This document shows, piece by piece, positions 1 through 13,621 of a DNA stretch of 64,000 bases. Below the pieces are notes generated by a model that had not been told where the DNA came from, made no database searches, and worked only from the letters and a program-made list of their open reading frames with translations. The translations under genes were made by a program, and so were the position numbers. Origin of the DNA: Squalus acanthias (lineage: Eukaryota); assembly GCA_030390025.1 (NCBI GenBank), contig CM059433.1, forward strand, positions 3,224,001 to 3,288,000, read 5' to 3'. How positions within the stretch are numbered: the stretch's first letter is position 1; every line of letters begins with the position of its first letter.

Positions 1-392
1 TTTAATTTTTGTTTATAATAGTTAATTTATGTAATTTATAGTTATTTTAAAAATGTGATTCTTTTTTTTAATTTATTTGTAGTTTTAGGGAGGTTTTGGG
101 GCAAATTTGTATTCATAGATTTGACAGGTCTTCCTGTCAAATCTATGAATGAAAGATGGTCTGCTGCCATTGGTTCTCCATGGCCCACGTGATCCCAGGG
201 GACGCATCGCACTAACTGCGCCCCTGGGATACACAAGCACTGCGCGCCAGCAGTTGGAGGAGGCCCAGGAGCCGAATTCTCCGCGGGCCCAGAGGTCAAC
301 GGCAGGCACGGTAGGTAGGTGCGCGCGCGATCCTTGCACCCGCGGGAAGCCAGGGAGCCGAATTTCTGGCCCAGCATTTTTGCATATTTTTT

Positions 393-1060
393 GGGCCAAC
401 ATTTGCGATTGGAGGCTTCCCGCGGGTGGACGCCTCCGGCCTGCAAAATGTCTACTAATTTACCTGGTGGCCCGGGAGATATGGAGGCTTACGATCCTGG
501 GCCTCTCCGGGTCCGCGCGGGCAGAGCCCCACGTATCCCAGGGGCGCAAGCGGTTCGTAGTCGCTCCTGGGATCACGTGGGCTGGCCCAAACAATAAAAG
601 AAGGGAATCCCCTTCTATACGTACAGAACTGTCAAAAGTATGAATGGGGATCACCTAAAAAATACACCAACATATTAAATAAAAAAAAAATTTAAATTAC
701 ATATTTAAAATTAATTAAAATGCCATTTAAAATATTCTTTGCTCAGAGTCCTGCAGCTCTGTGGTGCCCCTGCATCAAAGCCTTGGGTTCACTCGCTGTT
801 CAGAGGGAATAGATAAGCAGCACTCCGTTTAAAAGCTTGTCGCTGCCTCAAAAGTTACTTCATTGTACAGTGCTCGGCACTTTTCTGGAAAGTTTGATTA
901 CCTTGCCCAACTCGGATTTTTGTGTTTAAAATTTAATTTTTTGATTTTTACGGGGCTAAAAATAAACTTACCTTTTTGAAGAGTAGTTTTAATTTATAAA
1001 TGAGTTATCAAATTTCATTTTTCTATTCTTTGAAACTCTTAAGCTGGTAAAATCCGGCCC
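393..1060. mobile_element. Non-autonomous Harbinger-type TIR element (MITE-like); 1-372 is the right part of a related copy
   Basis: GGGCC... / ...GGCCC termini, AT-rich core, shared block GGCCCACGTGATCCCAGG also seen at ~34955, ~38421 and ~60489. Confidence 0.5.
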
Positions 1061-2226
1061 AATGTTAGCGTAGATTGAACTGCTAACTCCGAATACTTCA
1101 GCAGTTTTGCCATCTTAGCTGTTTTAACCCTGTTCCCTTACACTTTGGGGTTTTAATATGAACCCCAATCACACCAGCAGAAATCACTGGCCAGGAAACT
1201 CCTCGGATCTGCTCCCGCTTCGCTGGTGTTACTTTGCCAGAAATGCAGCTTCACACTTCTGGTGAAGTGCTGCCAGCGAAGCAGGAACCGATCCGGGGAA
1301 TTTCCCGGCCAGATCTGTGACAATGCAACTTCACGGGATGGGGGTGCAAGCGGGGTGCGGGATAAACAATCTTCCACAGACAGAGCTAGAATGGGTCTGT
1401 CATTAGGGTAGAACAGGGACTAATGAATCGTTGGGCTGCTTCGGAGGAGGTAAAATATAAGTTTATTATTTATATGCAAACATTGAGGACCCATGAGTGC
1501 AGATGCAATTATTAATTTATTGCTCAATTTAAGATGACACCAAGCAAACAGCAACACAAAAATCCGAGTAGGGCAAAGTAAACAAACTTTCCAGAAAAGT
1601 GCCGAGCACGGTACAATGAAGTAACTTTTGAGGCAGCGACAAGCTTTTAAACAGAGTGCTGCTTATCTATTCCCTCTGAACAGTGAGTGAACCCAAGGCT
1701 TTGATGCAGGGGCTCCACAGAGCTGCAGGACTCTGAGCAAAGAATATTTGAACAGATTTTGAAGCAGGGTCAGAGGGGCAACGCTGACTTGCTGCGATTT
1801 CTTGATTTCTCTGTGGCAGTGGGGACCCCAGGGCCAGGAGCTCTTCCAAAGAGAAATTAATGCTGCACAAACCAGGAGCAAGTTTGTTTTAACTGAAAGT
1901 AACACATTTAAACAGAGGAGTATCGAAACTACCTGTGAGCTGCAACTGTTTGCAGGGGATGCTTGAGTTTTAGAGATAGCAAACTCGGGCGTCAGTCTGA
2001 GAGTTGAGGAGAGTGCCACAGTGTAGGAGGTTCCGTTCCCATCCCCCCACACCGCCCCCCTCCCCCCTTACAGACAGTTCTTCAGGATTTATAAGAACAA
2101 AATACGCACAACACAGGGTTTGGCTCAACCTTCGATTTGTTCGTTTATTGAACTCACAAAATTCCCCCCAGTACAAACCCCTCTGTGATTTGACCGGGAT
2201 AACACAAAACCCTTACATAAGGTTAC

Positions 2227-3910
2227 AAAAACAAAATACTGCAGATGCTGGAAATCTGAAATAAAAACAGAAAATGCTGGAGATACTCAGCAGGTCAGGC
2301 AGCATCTGTGAAGAGAGAAACATAGTTAACGTTTCAGCTCAATGACCCTTCGTCAGAACTGGAAAAAAGCAGGAAATGGAACAGATTTTTAAGCAAGTGT
2401 AGGGGCTGGGAAAGCGGGGATGGGATGAAAGAACAAAAGGGAAGGTCTGTGATAGGATAGAAGGCAGGAGAGGTTAAGAGACATTAAGAGATATTCAAGG
2501 CAAGAGGAGGTGGTAATGGGACAGGTTAAGAAACAAAGGATGGCTCTCGGTGAAGTGTGAATTGCGCTGGCAGAATGAAAGACAGCTGCCATGTGGGAGA
2601 GAAGAAAAGACACAAACAAAAAGTGTGGACAAAAAATATATATATGATAGGGGCCGAGGTTATGGTCTGAAATTGTTGAACTCTATGTTGAGTCCAGAAG
2701 GCTGTAAAGTGCCTAATCGAAAGATGAGGTGCTGTTCCTCGAGCTTACGCTGAGCTTCAGTGGAACAATGCAAGAGGCCGAGGACGGTGAGGTCTGAGTG
2801 GGAATGGAGCGGAGAATTAAAGTGACAGGCGACCGGAAGCTCGGGGTCCCCCTTACAGACTGAACGGAGGTGTTCCGCAAAGCGGTCACCTAATCTGCGT
2901 TTGGTCTCCCCAATGTAGAGGACACCACATGGTGAGCAGTGAATACAGTATACTAAATTGCAAGAAGTACAAGTAAATCGCTGTTTCACCTGGAAGGGGT
3001 GTTTGGGGCCCTGGAGAGTGGGAAGGGGGGAGGTATAAGGGCATGTGTTGCATCTCCTGCGCTTGCACGGGAAGGTGCCGGGCGAAGGGGAAAGGGTGTT
3101 AGGGGTGATTGAGGAGTGGACCAGGGTGTTGCGGAGGGAGCGGTCCCTTTGGAATGCTGAAAGGGGAGGTGAGGGGAAGATGTATTTTGTGGTAGGATCA
3201 CGCTGGAGTTGGCGGAAATGGCGGAGGATGATTCATTGAATGTGGAGGCTGGTGGGGTGAAAGGTGAGGACAAGGGAACTCTATCGTGGTTCTGGGAGGG
3301 AGGGGCAGGGGTGAGGGCAAAAGTGCGGGAGATAAAACGGACACGGTCAAGGGCCGTGTCAATTACAGTAGAGGGGAATCCTCGGTTGAGGAAAAACTCT
3401 TGCATTGTTCCACTGAAGCTCAGTGTAAGCTGGAGGAACAGCACCTCATCTTTCAATTAGGCACTTTACAGCCTTCTGGACTCAACATAGAGTTCAACAA
3501 TTTCAGACCATAACCTCGGCCCCTATCATATATATATTTTTTATCCACACCTTTTGTTTGTGTCTTTTCTTCTCTCCCACATGGCAGCTGTCTTTCATTC
3601 TGCCAGCACAATTTACACTTCATCTAGAGCCATCCTTTGTTTCTTAACCTGTCCCATTACCATCTCCTCTTGCCTTGAATATCTCTTAATGTCTCTTAAC
3701 CTCTCCTGCCTTCTATCCTATCACAGACCTCCCCTTTTGTTCTTTCATCCCCTCCACCTTTCCCAGCCCCTACACTGGCTTAAAAATCTGTTCCATTTCC
3801 TGCTTTTTTCCAGTTCTGACAAAGCGTCATCGAGCTGAAACGTTAACTCTGTTTCTTTCTTCACAGATACTGCCTGACCTGCTGAGTATCTGCAGCATTT
3901 TCTGTTTTTA
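2227..3910 (-). mobile_element. Penelope-like retroelement, 5'-truncated, with inverted pseudo-LTR; GIY-YIG endonuclease remnant
   Basis: ORF 2660-2989 VYCIHCSPCGVLYIGETKRRLGDRFAEH (GIY-YIG); 3399-3910 is an inverted copy of the 3' end; 16-bp TSD CCTTACATAAGGTTAC at 2211-2226 and 3911-3926. Confidence 0.88.
2324..2360 (-). ncRNA. Minimal hammerhead ribozyme in Penelope pLTR (imperfect stem II)
   Basis: Minus strand AGUU-CUGACGA-AGGGUCAUUGAGCU-GAAA-CG-UU-AACU. Confidence 0.55.
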
Positions 3911-4185
3911 CCTTACATAAGGTTACCTGAAACTGACACGAAATACCAGTTGAAACCCTTCCACAGTTTAACTGAAAACTAACACGAAATCCCACAGCAC
4001 AACCCCTTCGTGATTCGACTGCTGCTTACAAATTTACCCAGACAAATCCCTCTACAATTTGACTGAAACTTACAATCACTCACACAGCTGGTCGTTCTGG
4101 TGTTGATTGTAGGCCCGGGCTAGCTGAACAAACCTTCTGTCCTCCTTCCGACTGCAGTGCCCCTCTGTGATTTTTTTCCTCTTTT

Positions 4186-4967
4186 ATGGCAAATTTGAAT
4201 AAGGATTACAGGGTCAACGGCAGGGTTCTGAGGAACGTGGAGGAACAGAGGGATCTGGGGGTTCATATCCACAGATCTCTGAAGGTTGCCACTCAAGTGG
4301 ATAGAGCAGTAAAGAAGGCCTATAGTGTGTCAGCGTTTATTAACAAGGGGTTTGAGTTTAAGAACCGTGAGGTTATGCTGCAACTGTACAGGACCTTGGT
4401 GAGACCACATTTGGAATATTGTGTGCAGTTCTGGTCACCTCACTATAGGAAGGACGTGGAAGCATTGGAAAGAGTGCAAAGGAGATTTACCAGGATGCTG
4501 CCTGGTTTGGGGGGGAGGTCTTATGAGGAAAGATTGAGGGAGCTAGGGCTTTTCTCTTTAGAGCAGAGGAGGATGAGAGGCGACTTAATAGAGGTTTATA
4601 AGATGATGAGGGGGATAGATAGAGTGGATGTTCAGAGACTATTTCCTCGGGTGGATGTAGCTGTTACAAGGGGGCATAACTATAAGGTGCATGGGGGGAG
4701 ATATAGAAGGGATGTCCGAGGTAGATTCTTTACTCAGAGAGTGGTTGGGGTGTGGAATGGACTGCCTGCTGTGATAGTGGAGTCGGACACTTTAGGAACT
4801 TTCAAGCGGTTATTGGATAAGCACATGGAGCACACCAGAATGATAGGGAGTGGGATAGCTTGATCTTGGTTTCGGACAATGCTCGGCACAACATCGAGGG
4901 CCGAAGGGCCTGTACTGTGCTGTACTGTTCTATGTTCTATGTTCTGTTCTATGTTCTGTTCTATGTA
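4186..4967 (+). mobile_element. CR1 LINE 3' fragment (ORF2 C-terminus and tail)
   Basis: [19 protein letters not shown]...FFTQRVVGVWNGLP motifs; (TTCTATG)n tail. Confidence 0.9.
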
Positions 4968-5154
4968 TACCTATCAGGATATCTCAATTCCACACCTTGG
5001 TCTACACAGGACCGGGCGGGCCTGATCAGTTCTCATGCTGTTTAAACAATGCAACCTTTCTATGGTACAAGATTCCTGACTCCAATGAGTGAATGTCCCT
5101 TTTCCTTCTTGGCAGGGACCATTCAGATGGTAATGGCCGTCGTCCGTTGCTATT

Positions 5155-5896
5155 GGCCCAGAAATTGATCTCGCTCTGTTCCCGCGGGGGTAAGGAGCAG
5201 GCGCGATCTCTCACTCCGCATTGGCTTTTTCAGATCCAGCTCGCACGAACTTGATGTTCTAGACATCAGCTGGGCAGTGCTTGCGTATCCCACCGGCGTA
5301 GTGAATTCGTGCGAGCTGTGGGATCACGTGACTCAGTTAGAGCCAATGGCAGCACACCATCTTCCATTCATAAGTTTCACAGCACGGCTGTGAAATCTAT
5401 GAATCTTACACACCCCCAAAATAACAGCTAAACCTCAATTAAATAAAAAAAAACCCATCACATTAATAAAATAAGTATAGTTAAATAAATTAACCATTTT
5501 AAATAAAAAATTAAATTTTTGAAAAAATTTAAAATCTTTTAAAAAGTTATAAAAATAAACTTACCTGTCTTTAAAGTCTCTAAAAAAGATATACCTGTTA
5601 AAAAAAATTCAAAATAATACTTAATTCACTACTTACCTTGTTAAAAGTGGGTCTTACTCCTCCTTTTTTCATTTCTAAAATCTTCCGTCCTTACCTGCGC
5701 GTCCAAAGCACTAAGTGCACAGCGTGCGCGCAGCCTGTAGCGCGCACGCGGTGCACCGAGGAACCGCCCTCTTTTCCAAAGACCAAGTGCCGGTTTTCAG
5801 CGCATGCGCAGTGCATGCAGAAAACCGGCAATTGGAGAGAGAATACGCGAGAGTACGCAGTGCGTACTCTCGCGTAGCGGCATCAATTTTTGGCCC
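5155..5896. mobile_element. Non-autonomous Harbinger-type MITE
   Basis: TIRs GGCCCAGAAATTG / CAATTTTTGGCCC; 3-bp TSD ATT on both sides. Confidence 0.7.
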
Positions 5897-6125
5897 ATTG
5901 TCTATACTGATGGCATTCTCAATACCTTCCTCATATTGAATCGATGGCAGTTGTCCTGCACCATTTGACTATGATAATGTCTTTCCAGTCTCTTTTAACG
6001 AGCCATAGTTTTGTTGCAATGTTTGAATTAACCCCTTACTGCATAGCCCACCTCTGTGTGCTGAGGTATGGCTTTTTTATTTCACAGTTTAATGTCCGTG
6101 GGTTTGGGGTTTTTTATATTCCATA

Positions 6126-6547
6126 CACGGTGGCATAGTGGTTAGCACTGTTGCCTCACAGCGCCAGGGACCCGGGTTCAAATCTGACCTAGGGTGACTG
6201 TCTGTGTGGAGTTTGCACATTCTCCCCGTGTCTGCGTGGGTTTCCTCCGGGTGCTCCGGTTTCCTCCCACAGTCCAAAAATGTGCGGGTTAGGTTGATTT
6301 GGCTATGATAAATTGACCCTTAGTGTTAGGGGGGGATTAAATATTTGGGGTTATGGGGATAGGATGGGATATGTTAGGGGGAATTAAATACGTGGGGTTA
6401 TGGGGGTAGGGTGGGATATGTGTACTGTGGGGATTAAAGCAGGGACAGGGTACTGGATTTGGATAATCAGCCATGATCGTATTGAATGGTGGAGCAGGCT
6501 CGACGGGCCGAATGGCCTACTCCTGCTCCTAGATTCTATGTTTCTAT
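6126..6547 (+). mobile_element. HE1-like V-SINE (tRNA head, V domain, CR1-type tail)
   Basis: GGTGGCATAGTGGTTAGC...GGGTTCAAATC A/B boxes; V-domain TGTGTGGAGTTTGCAC...TTTCCTCCGGGTGCTCCGGTTTCCTCCCACAGTCC; CR1 tail. Confidence 0.85.
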
Positions 6548-6902
6548 AAATTTTACAGTTGGGGGGGGAGGAACGGATCCTACATCTGCACCGCCAATAG
6601 ATAAAATGCATATTCCAGGCATTACCTGTTAGTGAGTTACAAGTGGCATCCTCCTGGTACACACCTACCCCGCCCCCCCCCCCTTTAATAACCTCATTGC
6701 TCCATCCCAACCCCCAATTCCCAAACTTCTTATGTAGGGAATTGAGGTTCAGAATGTGGGACGCGATAAAGGCTGGTTTTAACTTGCTTCGAGAAACACT
6801 AAGAATAGCCAGCAAGGCGAGATATTGAGTCCTTTGCAAAAGTATGGTATCTGCACACAGAAATCAGCAACCACAGTCAGTGCAGGAACCGGTCCGCCTT
6901 TG

Positions 6903-7204
6903 GTCCAAAAATGTGCGGGTTAGGTTGATTTGGCTATGATAAATTGACCCTTAGTGTTAGGGGGGGATTAAATATGTGGGGTTACGGGGATAGGATGGGA
7001 TATGTTAGGGGGAATTAAATACGTGGAGTTACGGGGATAGGGTGGGATATGTGTCGGTGCAGGCTCAATGGGGATTCTGTGGGAGAAAGCAGGGACAGGG
7101 TACTGGATTTGGATGATCAGCCATGATCGTATTGAATGGTGGAGCAGGCTCGACGGGCCGAATGGCCTACTCCTGCTCCTAGTTTCTATGTCTATGTTTC
7201 TATG
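6903..7204 (+). mobile_element. 5'-truncated HE1-like SINE
   Basis: Matches 3' two-thirds of 6126-6547 and 40265-40707. Confidence 0.8.
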
Positions 7205-8055
7205 GTCCTTTTCTAGCACCTGACACTGGGCAAATGACAGAAGACTGACCTGAAAACATGCAAGAGCCTGCACTCTGAATTGTACAAGGTATTTATTTCC
7301 AGTAAACACATCTGGGCCTGCAACACATAGAGGCAAGTGGCCAGTGGAATCGCAAGTATGGCTTCAGGAGACCTCACAGGAATGCTTCATCTCTACTTCC
7401 AATAGGGCATCATTTAGGAATAGTACATGAGAAAGAATATGGTGTTCAAGTACACAAAGCATAAGGGGACAGCACAGCCATGCATCACATTAATTCAACA
7501 TTGGAACGCTTTAAAGCTTGTAATCAATACTAACACATACAATCTCGGTAAACAAACAAAATGCTAGAACTTCCATGGACCCTTTTGAGGGGACACAATT
7601 GCAGCAGGGCAGGACTTCCACCTGTTGCTTTGCCCTGTCGCTGATTCTGTTCCAAATCTCGGGGATGGGGTCATTTAAATATTCAGAGCGCTGCAACAGA
7701 AGCAGCACTGAGGGCAGCATCCTCCTGGAAGCTACAAAGGGACATAGACAGACTAAGTGAATGTGTGGAACTATGAAAGCTGGCGTTCAATGTAGGGGGA
7801 GTCTGAGGTCATGATAATGGTAAGAGACTATCGGAGCTGTGGAGGCGCCAAGGGATTTGGGTGTCCAGGTACACAAATCACGAAAAGCTTGTGCACAGAT
7901 ACAAAGAGTAATCAAACAGCGAATGGCATGTTGACCTTTATCTCAAAGGGTTGAAATACAAAAGTGAGAAAGTGATGCTTCAGTTGTACAGAGCCTTGGT
8001 CAGACCCCATCTGGAGTACTGCGTTCAGTTTTGGGCATTGAACCTCAGTAAAGAT

Positions 8056-9165
8056 TCGATAGCAAAATACTGCGGATGCTGGAAATCCGAAATAACAACA
8101 GAAAACGCTGGAAAAACTCAGCAGGCCAGGAAGCATCCGTGGAGAGAGAAACAGAGTTAACGTTTCAGGTCGAAGACCTTTCGTCAGAACTGGAAAAAAG
8201 CAGGAATGAAATAGATTTAAAGCAAGGATAAAGCTGGGAAAAGGGGGAGGGGATGAAAGAACAAAAGGAGAGATTAAGAGACATTGAGAGACATTAAGAG
8301 ATAATCAAGGCAAGAGGAGGTGTTGATGTAACAGGTTGAGGCTAAATGAAGTGTGAAATGCGCTGGCAGAATGAAGGACAGCTGCCAGCTTCTGGGAGGA
8401 AAAAAAAAAGGGGGCGCCAAACAAAAGGGTGGATGAAAAAATGTGATAGGGGCCGAGGTTATGATCTAAAATTGTTGAACTCGATGTTGAGTCCAGAAGG
8501 CTGTAGGGTGCCTAAACGAAAGATGAGGTGCTGTTCCTCGAGCTTACGCTGAGCTTCAGTGGAACAGTGTAATAGGCCGAGGACGGTGAGGTCTGAGTGG
8601 GAATGGAGCGGAGAATTAAAGTGACAGGCCACCGGGAGCTCGGGGTCCCCCTTACGGACTGAACGGAGGTGTTCTGCAAAGCGGTCACCCAATCTGCGTT
8701 TGGTCTCCCCAATGTCGAGGAGACCACATCGTGAGCAGCGAATACAGTATACTAGATTGAAGGAAGTACAAGTAAATCGCTGTTTCACCTGGAAGGGGTG
8801 TTTGGGGCCCTGGACAGTGGGAAGAGGGGAGGTATAAGGGCATGTGTTGCATCTCCTGCGCTTGCACGGGAAGGTGCCGGGCGAAGGGGAAGGGGTGCTG
8901 GGGGTGGTAGAGGAGTGGACTAGGGTGTCGCGGAGGGAGCGGTCCCTGCGGAATGCTGAAAGGGGAGGTGAGGGGAAGATGCGTTTGGTGGTGGGATCAC
9001 GCTGGAGGTGGCGGAAATGGCGGAGGATGATCCGTTGAATGTGGAGGCTGGTGGGGTGAAAGGTGAGGACAAGGGGAACTCTATCGTGATTCTGGGAGGG
9101 AGGGGCAGGGGTGAGGGCAGAAGTGCGGGAGATAGAACGGACACGGTTGAGGGCCGTGTCAACCA
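8056..9165 (-). mobile_element. Penelope-like element, GIY-YIG region and pLTR
   Basis: ORF 8459-9211 homologous to 2660-3456; flanking repeat CAGTAAAGAT at 8046-8055 and 9166-9175. Confidence 0.88.
8155..8191 (-). ncRNA. Minimal hammerhead ribozyme in Penelope pLTR
   Basis: Minus strand AGUU-CUGACGA-A-AGGUC-UUC-GACCU-GAAA-CG-UU-AACU: intact core, perfect stems I and II. Confidence 0.7.
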
Positions 9166-11149
9166 CAGTAAAGATATATTGACCTTGGAAGTGGGTGCAG
9201 CGCAGATTCACCAGAATGATATGAGGGCTTAAAGAGTTAAATTATGAGGACAGGTTGCATAAACTTGGCTTGTATTCCCTTGAATTTCGAAGTCTGAGGG
9301 GTGATCTAATGATAAAGGGATTCGATAGGGTAGACACAGAGAAGCTATTTAGTCTGGTGGGAGAATCCGGAACAAGAGGGCATAATCTTAAAATTTAAGC
9401 TAGGCCATTTAGGAATGAAATCAGGAAGCATTTTTTCACACAAAAGGTAATGGAAATGTGGAACTCTCTCCCCAAAAGGCTGTGGTGCTGAGATCAATAG
9501 ATTTTTTATTGGGTAAGGGTATCAAGGCATATGGAATAAAGATGGGTAAATGGAGTTAAGGTACAGTTCAGCCATGATCTAATTGGATGGCTCGAGGGCT
9601 GAATGGCCTACTTCTATTCCTATGTTCAGCTTCAGTGGGCCTCCCTTCACTATGCTCCCTGCACAAGGATCAAGTTGAACAGGGAGTGCATGTAAGTTAT
9701 CAAAGGGCAACTCCTCACTCCAGTCGAACAGGATTGCGGGGGCCATAGAGTAAAAACTGCTGCAGTAGTTGAAGAGTTAAAAATGCGTTCTCTGCAATTT
9801 TTTGAAAGTCTCTAAGAAACAGGAATATTTATGTTTTTAATTTTTCATGATGAAAAAAATCAATGTGCACTGTTTCCTTGATAATGAAAAAAGTATTCAA
9901 TTTGTGATGTTATTGACCATTCTACAAGTGTTTACTGCTGTGTTAACAGCCGAAACTCTCGTGTTCCAATCAATTATTATCAGTCGTAAAAATGTGCAGA
10001 CAGTTCAAAATCAACATAACGAGGAGAAATTTATGAATTTTAGCAACAATACAATATTAATCATCTCTCCTCACCCAATGTGCCGGTTTTTATTTATTTT
10101 GATGACTCCTCCAGGATCCTTAAACTAATTACTAATCCAGTCAGCTACATGCTTTTTGAGGGAAAAATGATTGGAGAGGACTAAAATCCAAATGAAGTTT
10201 CCCTGAAGGTGCTGGGGAATTACATTTGTGTATCCTTTGGCAAACAGAGATCTGAAATAGGGTTATACAAGGCTAGTGATGACTCAACGTGTTCTGTTCA
10301 GGGAAAGTTTACCTTTCATGTTCTTCTGAGAATGTAATCATGCTGCAAAATAAGGGGGATAATTGGACCTCAGTTGGGGTAGAACATAATAATCTATGGT
10401 TCTTAAAACTAGACTAAAGCCATCCAGAAAGCAATCTATAAAAGCAAGCTGAGCTTGTAAGGTCCCCCTGGGAAAAGAATGATGAGTGATGGCTTTTAAG
10501 ACCTCTATGAATAGCAGTTCAAATGCAATGGGATGAAAAGTAAATGTGCTAGTGCTGTTAAAAATAGGACATCTTTGTCGACAGATTATAGGATTTGTTT
10601 TGTCCAAATTCATCACTCATACCATTTATAATGAAACAAATATCATTATAATAATTAAAAATTGACACATTCTGCAAGCATGAATTAAATGTATGTTTTA
10701 CAGAACAAGTCAGCTGTGATATTAAAAGACTAATGCCTGATACAGTTCCAATAGATTTTGAATTAGTGAGGTAACAAGTTAGTGTTCATGGGAAGACAAA
10801 TGGAGGGTTTCCAAAGGCCTCAATTCAAAATGAATCCAGAGTCAAATGAGAGGAAGTCTCTTATCAATGGTGATAATCAAAATAAAAGCCCTGACACCAA
10901 TTGTATTTCATAAGAGACATTTTTCCATTGGTCTAAAAAAATACTTACATGGTAATTTAGAAACGTTTACCATCAGCACCAATTAGTTGTGCTCACATGC
11001 TTGTGCATGCAAATAGGTGTCATCATTTGATAATAGATGTCACAAATGTTATTCTGCATATGTAGAACTGTCAGAGGAATATATTCACAATGGAAATAGT
11101 GCTATAGATCTGGTAATACATGAATGAAAAAGAACCAAAAAGAGTTTCT

Positions 11150-11895
11150 CAGATACTGTGCTGACAAGTAGAGGACATCTAGCCAACTTGTGGCCCAACC
11201 ATCTCTCTGTCACCTTCAATGGCACCAATATCACCTGAGTTTCCCCACCATCTACATCCTGCAGGTAACCACTGACTAGAAGCTTATCTAGGCCACAGAC
11301 ACATCAACAACATAGCTACAAGCACAGGACAGAGACTGGGTACTCTGTGATTATTAGCTCCTGATCTTCCAATGCTTCTCCACCATCGACAAGATTCAAG
11401 TCTGGACTGTGATTAATGCTCACCACTCGCTTGCGTGGCCGCAGCTGCAACAACACATAAGAGCCTTGACACCATCCGTGACAAAGTAGTACAATTAATT
11501 GATATTCCTGTCACCAGAATCAATATCCACCCTCCACCACCTGCGTTCCGTGGCTGCAGTATGGATTATCTACAGGATGCACTGTGGCAGCTCTTCAAGG
11601 TTACTTTGCAGCACCACCTAAACCTGCAACCTCTGTCACTAAGCAGGACCAGAATAGCAACGTCATGGAAACATAAACACCTGCGAGTTCCCCTCCAAGC
11701 CACGTAACATTCTAACTTGCAGATCAAAGAGATTCCTTCGTTGTCACTGCGTCAAAATCTAGGAATTCTTTAATACCATCATGCCAGCACTATCAGCACA
11801 AGGACTGATGAAAAGTCCCACAACCACCTTCCCAGGGTAGCTAGGGATGGGCAATAAACATGGCCTTGTCAGCATTGCCCACATTCCAAGAACAA
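11150..11895 (+). mobile_element. Decayed CR1/L2-clade LINE 3' end (GGGCAATAAA...GCCCACAT tail family)
   Basis: Degenerate homology to 37975-38385 and 61750-62230. Confidence 0.65.
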
Positions 11896-12925
11896 TCTTG
11901 CTAAAAAGCTAACTGGATCACACACAAGTGGTAAAGTCACCTCAAAGCCCTAACACAAGGTTCTTCTGTCTGTCCAGAAGTAAAGTGAGAAACGTGGAGA
12001 ATTTTGGTTCTCAGGATGGAGACAGAGAAACAAAAACAACAACAGCAAGGAAGGTAAGGAGAGGAAAGCCACTGTTGGTTCTAGTTTACCAAACACTACA
12101 GTGTGATTAATGTTTTATGTTAGTCTAGCAAATCATTTATGCTCATACCAGCACAGTAGTAGGAAGGCAGGAGGCAAATCCAAACTTGGAGGCATATATT
12201 TAAAATTTTTAAAAACATCCATTACATTTTTATCACTGCATTTTTGCTCTTTGAACATATCAGAAGCAAAACTGTTTAAAACGACTCTGTCAATCAGTAA
12301 GACTTTGTGTGACTGTATCACTGATCTTTTATCCAATCGAACGGGAGAGTACGGCAAGAAAGGAAAGCGAGTTAGAAGACGAAGAAAAAACCCTCGAGCA
12401 GCTGACAGAAGACGAGAGAAATGGACAAGGGACGAAAACCTGCGCCCACTGAAGCTGGAAAACCCCATAAAAGAAGGATTCCCTGACGAAGTGCGCTCGA
12501 AGTAGCTGCCGCACTTAATACAGTATAAGCAGCCCATTTGTAATTGACTTCAGTGGAAATGGCAAATGGTTAGCCCCACTTGGCCAATATAGGTGGCTGC
12601 CCGGGATAAGCGTAGATTGTACTTCAAATAAAATGTTTTTACAACTAATTGACTTCGGTAATGCTGAAATGATCATTTACCGAGCAGTGACTACAATGTC
12701 CTGCAGTAAGTTAGTGGTTGCATTTTCAGTACCGATATTCAGTTTCTTTAGCGATCAGTGCAGCGTGATGGATTCAGTCCTGATAAGGATGAGAAAGTTG
12801 TTCATTATGGGTGTTTTTCATGGGCTGCATAGACCAGCTCATGGTACAATTCGAGTTTACAGGGGGCGCGGATGATATTTGAGAAATACTGCCAAAGCTT
12901 TACAAATGTGATTTATAAACACGTT

Positions 12926-13621
12926 GGCCCGGAACTTGTAGCCCTGATGACGGCAAACTGGAAGCGTTTGCCATCATTTCGCCTTTGAAACTGACCGCAA
13001 CTTCAGGATTTAGCGCGTGGGCAGCCTAACGTGGAAATCAGTGTAATCACGGAAACTGACAACAACTTGGGCTCTTCCGCGGTAATATCGCTGTTAAATA
13101 CCCCATTAAAAAGCTCGACCCTTTCGGATTAGGTGTAACTGGGGTTTTAACAGCGTATTGACTGCTAAACAAAGGTTATGGCCCTGAAAAACTAATTTTA
13201 ATTTTGTGACGTGTCAACTATATCCATTTTAATAAAAAATTAAAATTTGTAAGAAACTTTTTAAAAAAGTTATTTTTTTGAAAGTTTGTCCACCTTTATT
13301 TCAGGTTTGCCTTTTCCCCCCGTGTGAGAGCCCCAATTTTTATTTTGCTCTCTCTAACATTTTTTAAAAGTTCAAGTCAAAGGAGCTAACTCAGTTCTTG
13401 GTTCGCTGTTGGCGAGAATTCTATGTTTTGATTGGCTGCTTACACAGCTTGTTGATGTCACAGCAGCTCGCACTAGGAATTCCCCATTAACTTGCATTGA
13501 TTTCAATCACGCGTCGGAAAAGCCGAATTTCTCGCCAGAGATCGCGAGACCTTTGTGGAAAGCTTACTGCGAGGCCAGCGACAAACGCCTTTGCTTCGCC
13601 GCTGACTGCAAATTTTGGGCC
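12926..13621. mobile_element. Harbinger-type MITE
   Basis: GGCCCGGAACTTG / CAAATTTTGGGCC imperfect TIRs, AT-rich core. Confidence 0.5.

Larger units (their letters stand above)
7715..9628 (+). mobile_element. Decayed CR1 LINE interrupted by a Penelope element
   Basis: [17 protein letters not shown] at 7951-8050; CR1 resumes at 9166 through to tail. Confidence 0.8.

Noticed and set aside
6126..6200. tRNA-like sequences (also 28749-28813, 40265, 59150)
   Set aside because: These are SINE heads, not tRNA genes
11978..12505. Exon-like segments (AG...GTAAGG at 11978-12054; charged ORF 12110-12505)
   Set aside because: No recognisable protein and no consistent spliced frame
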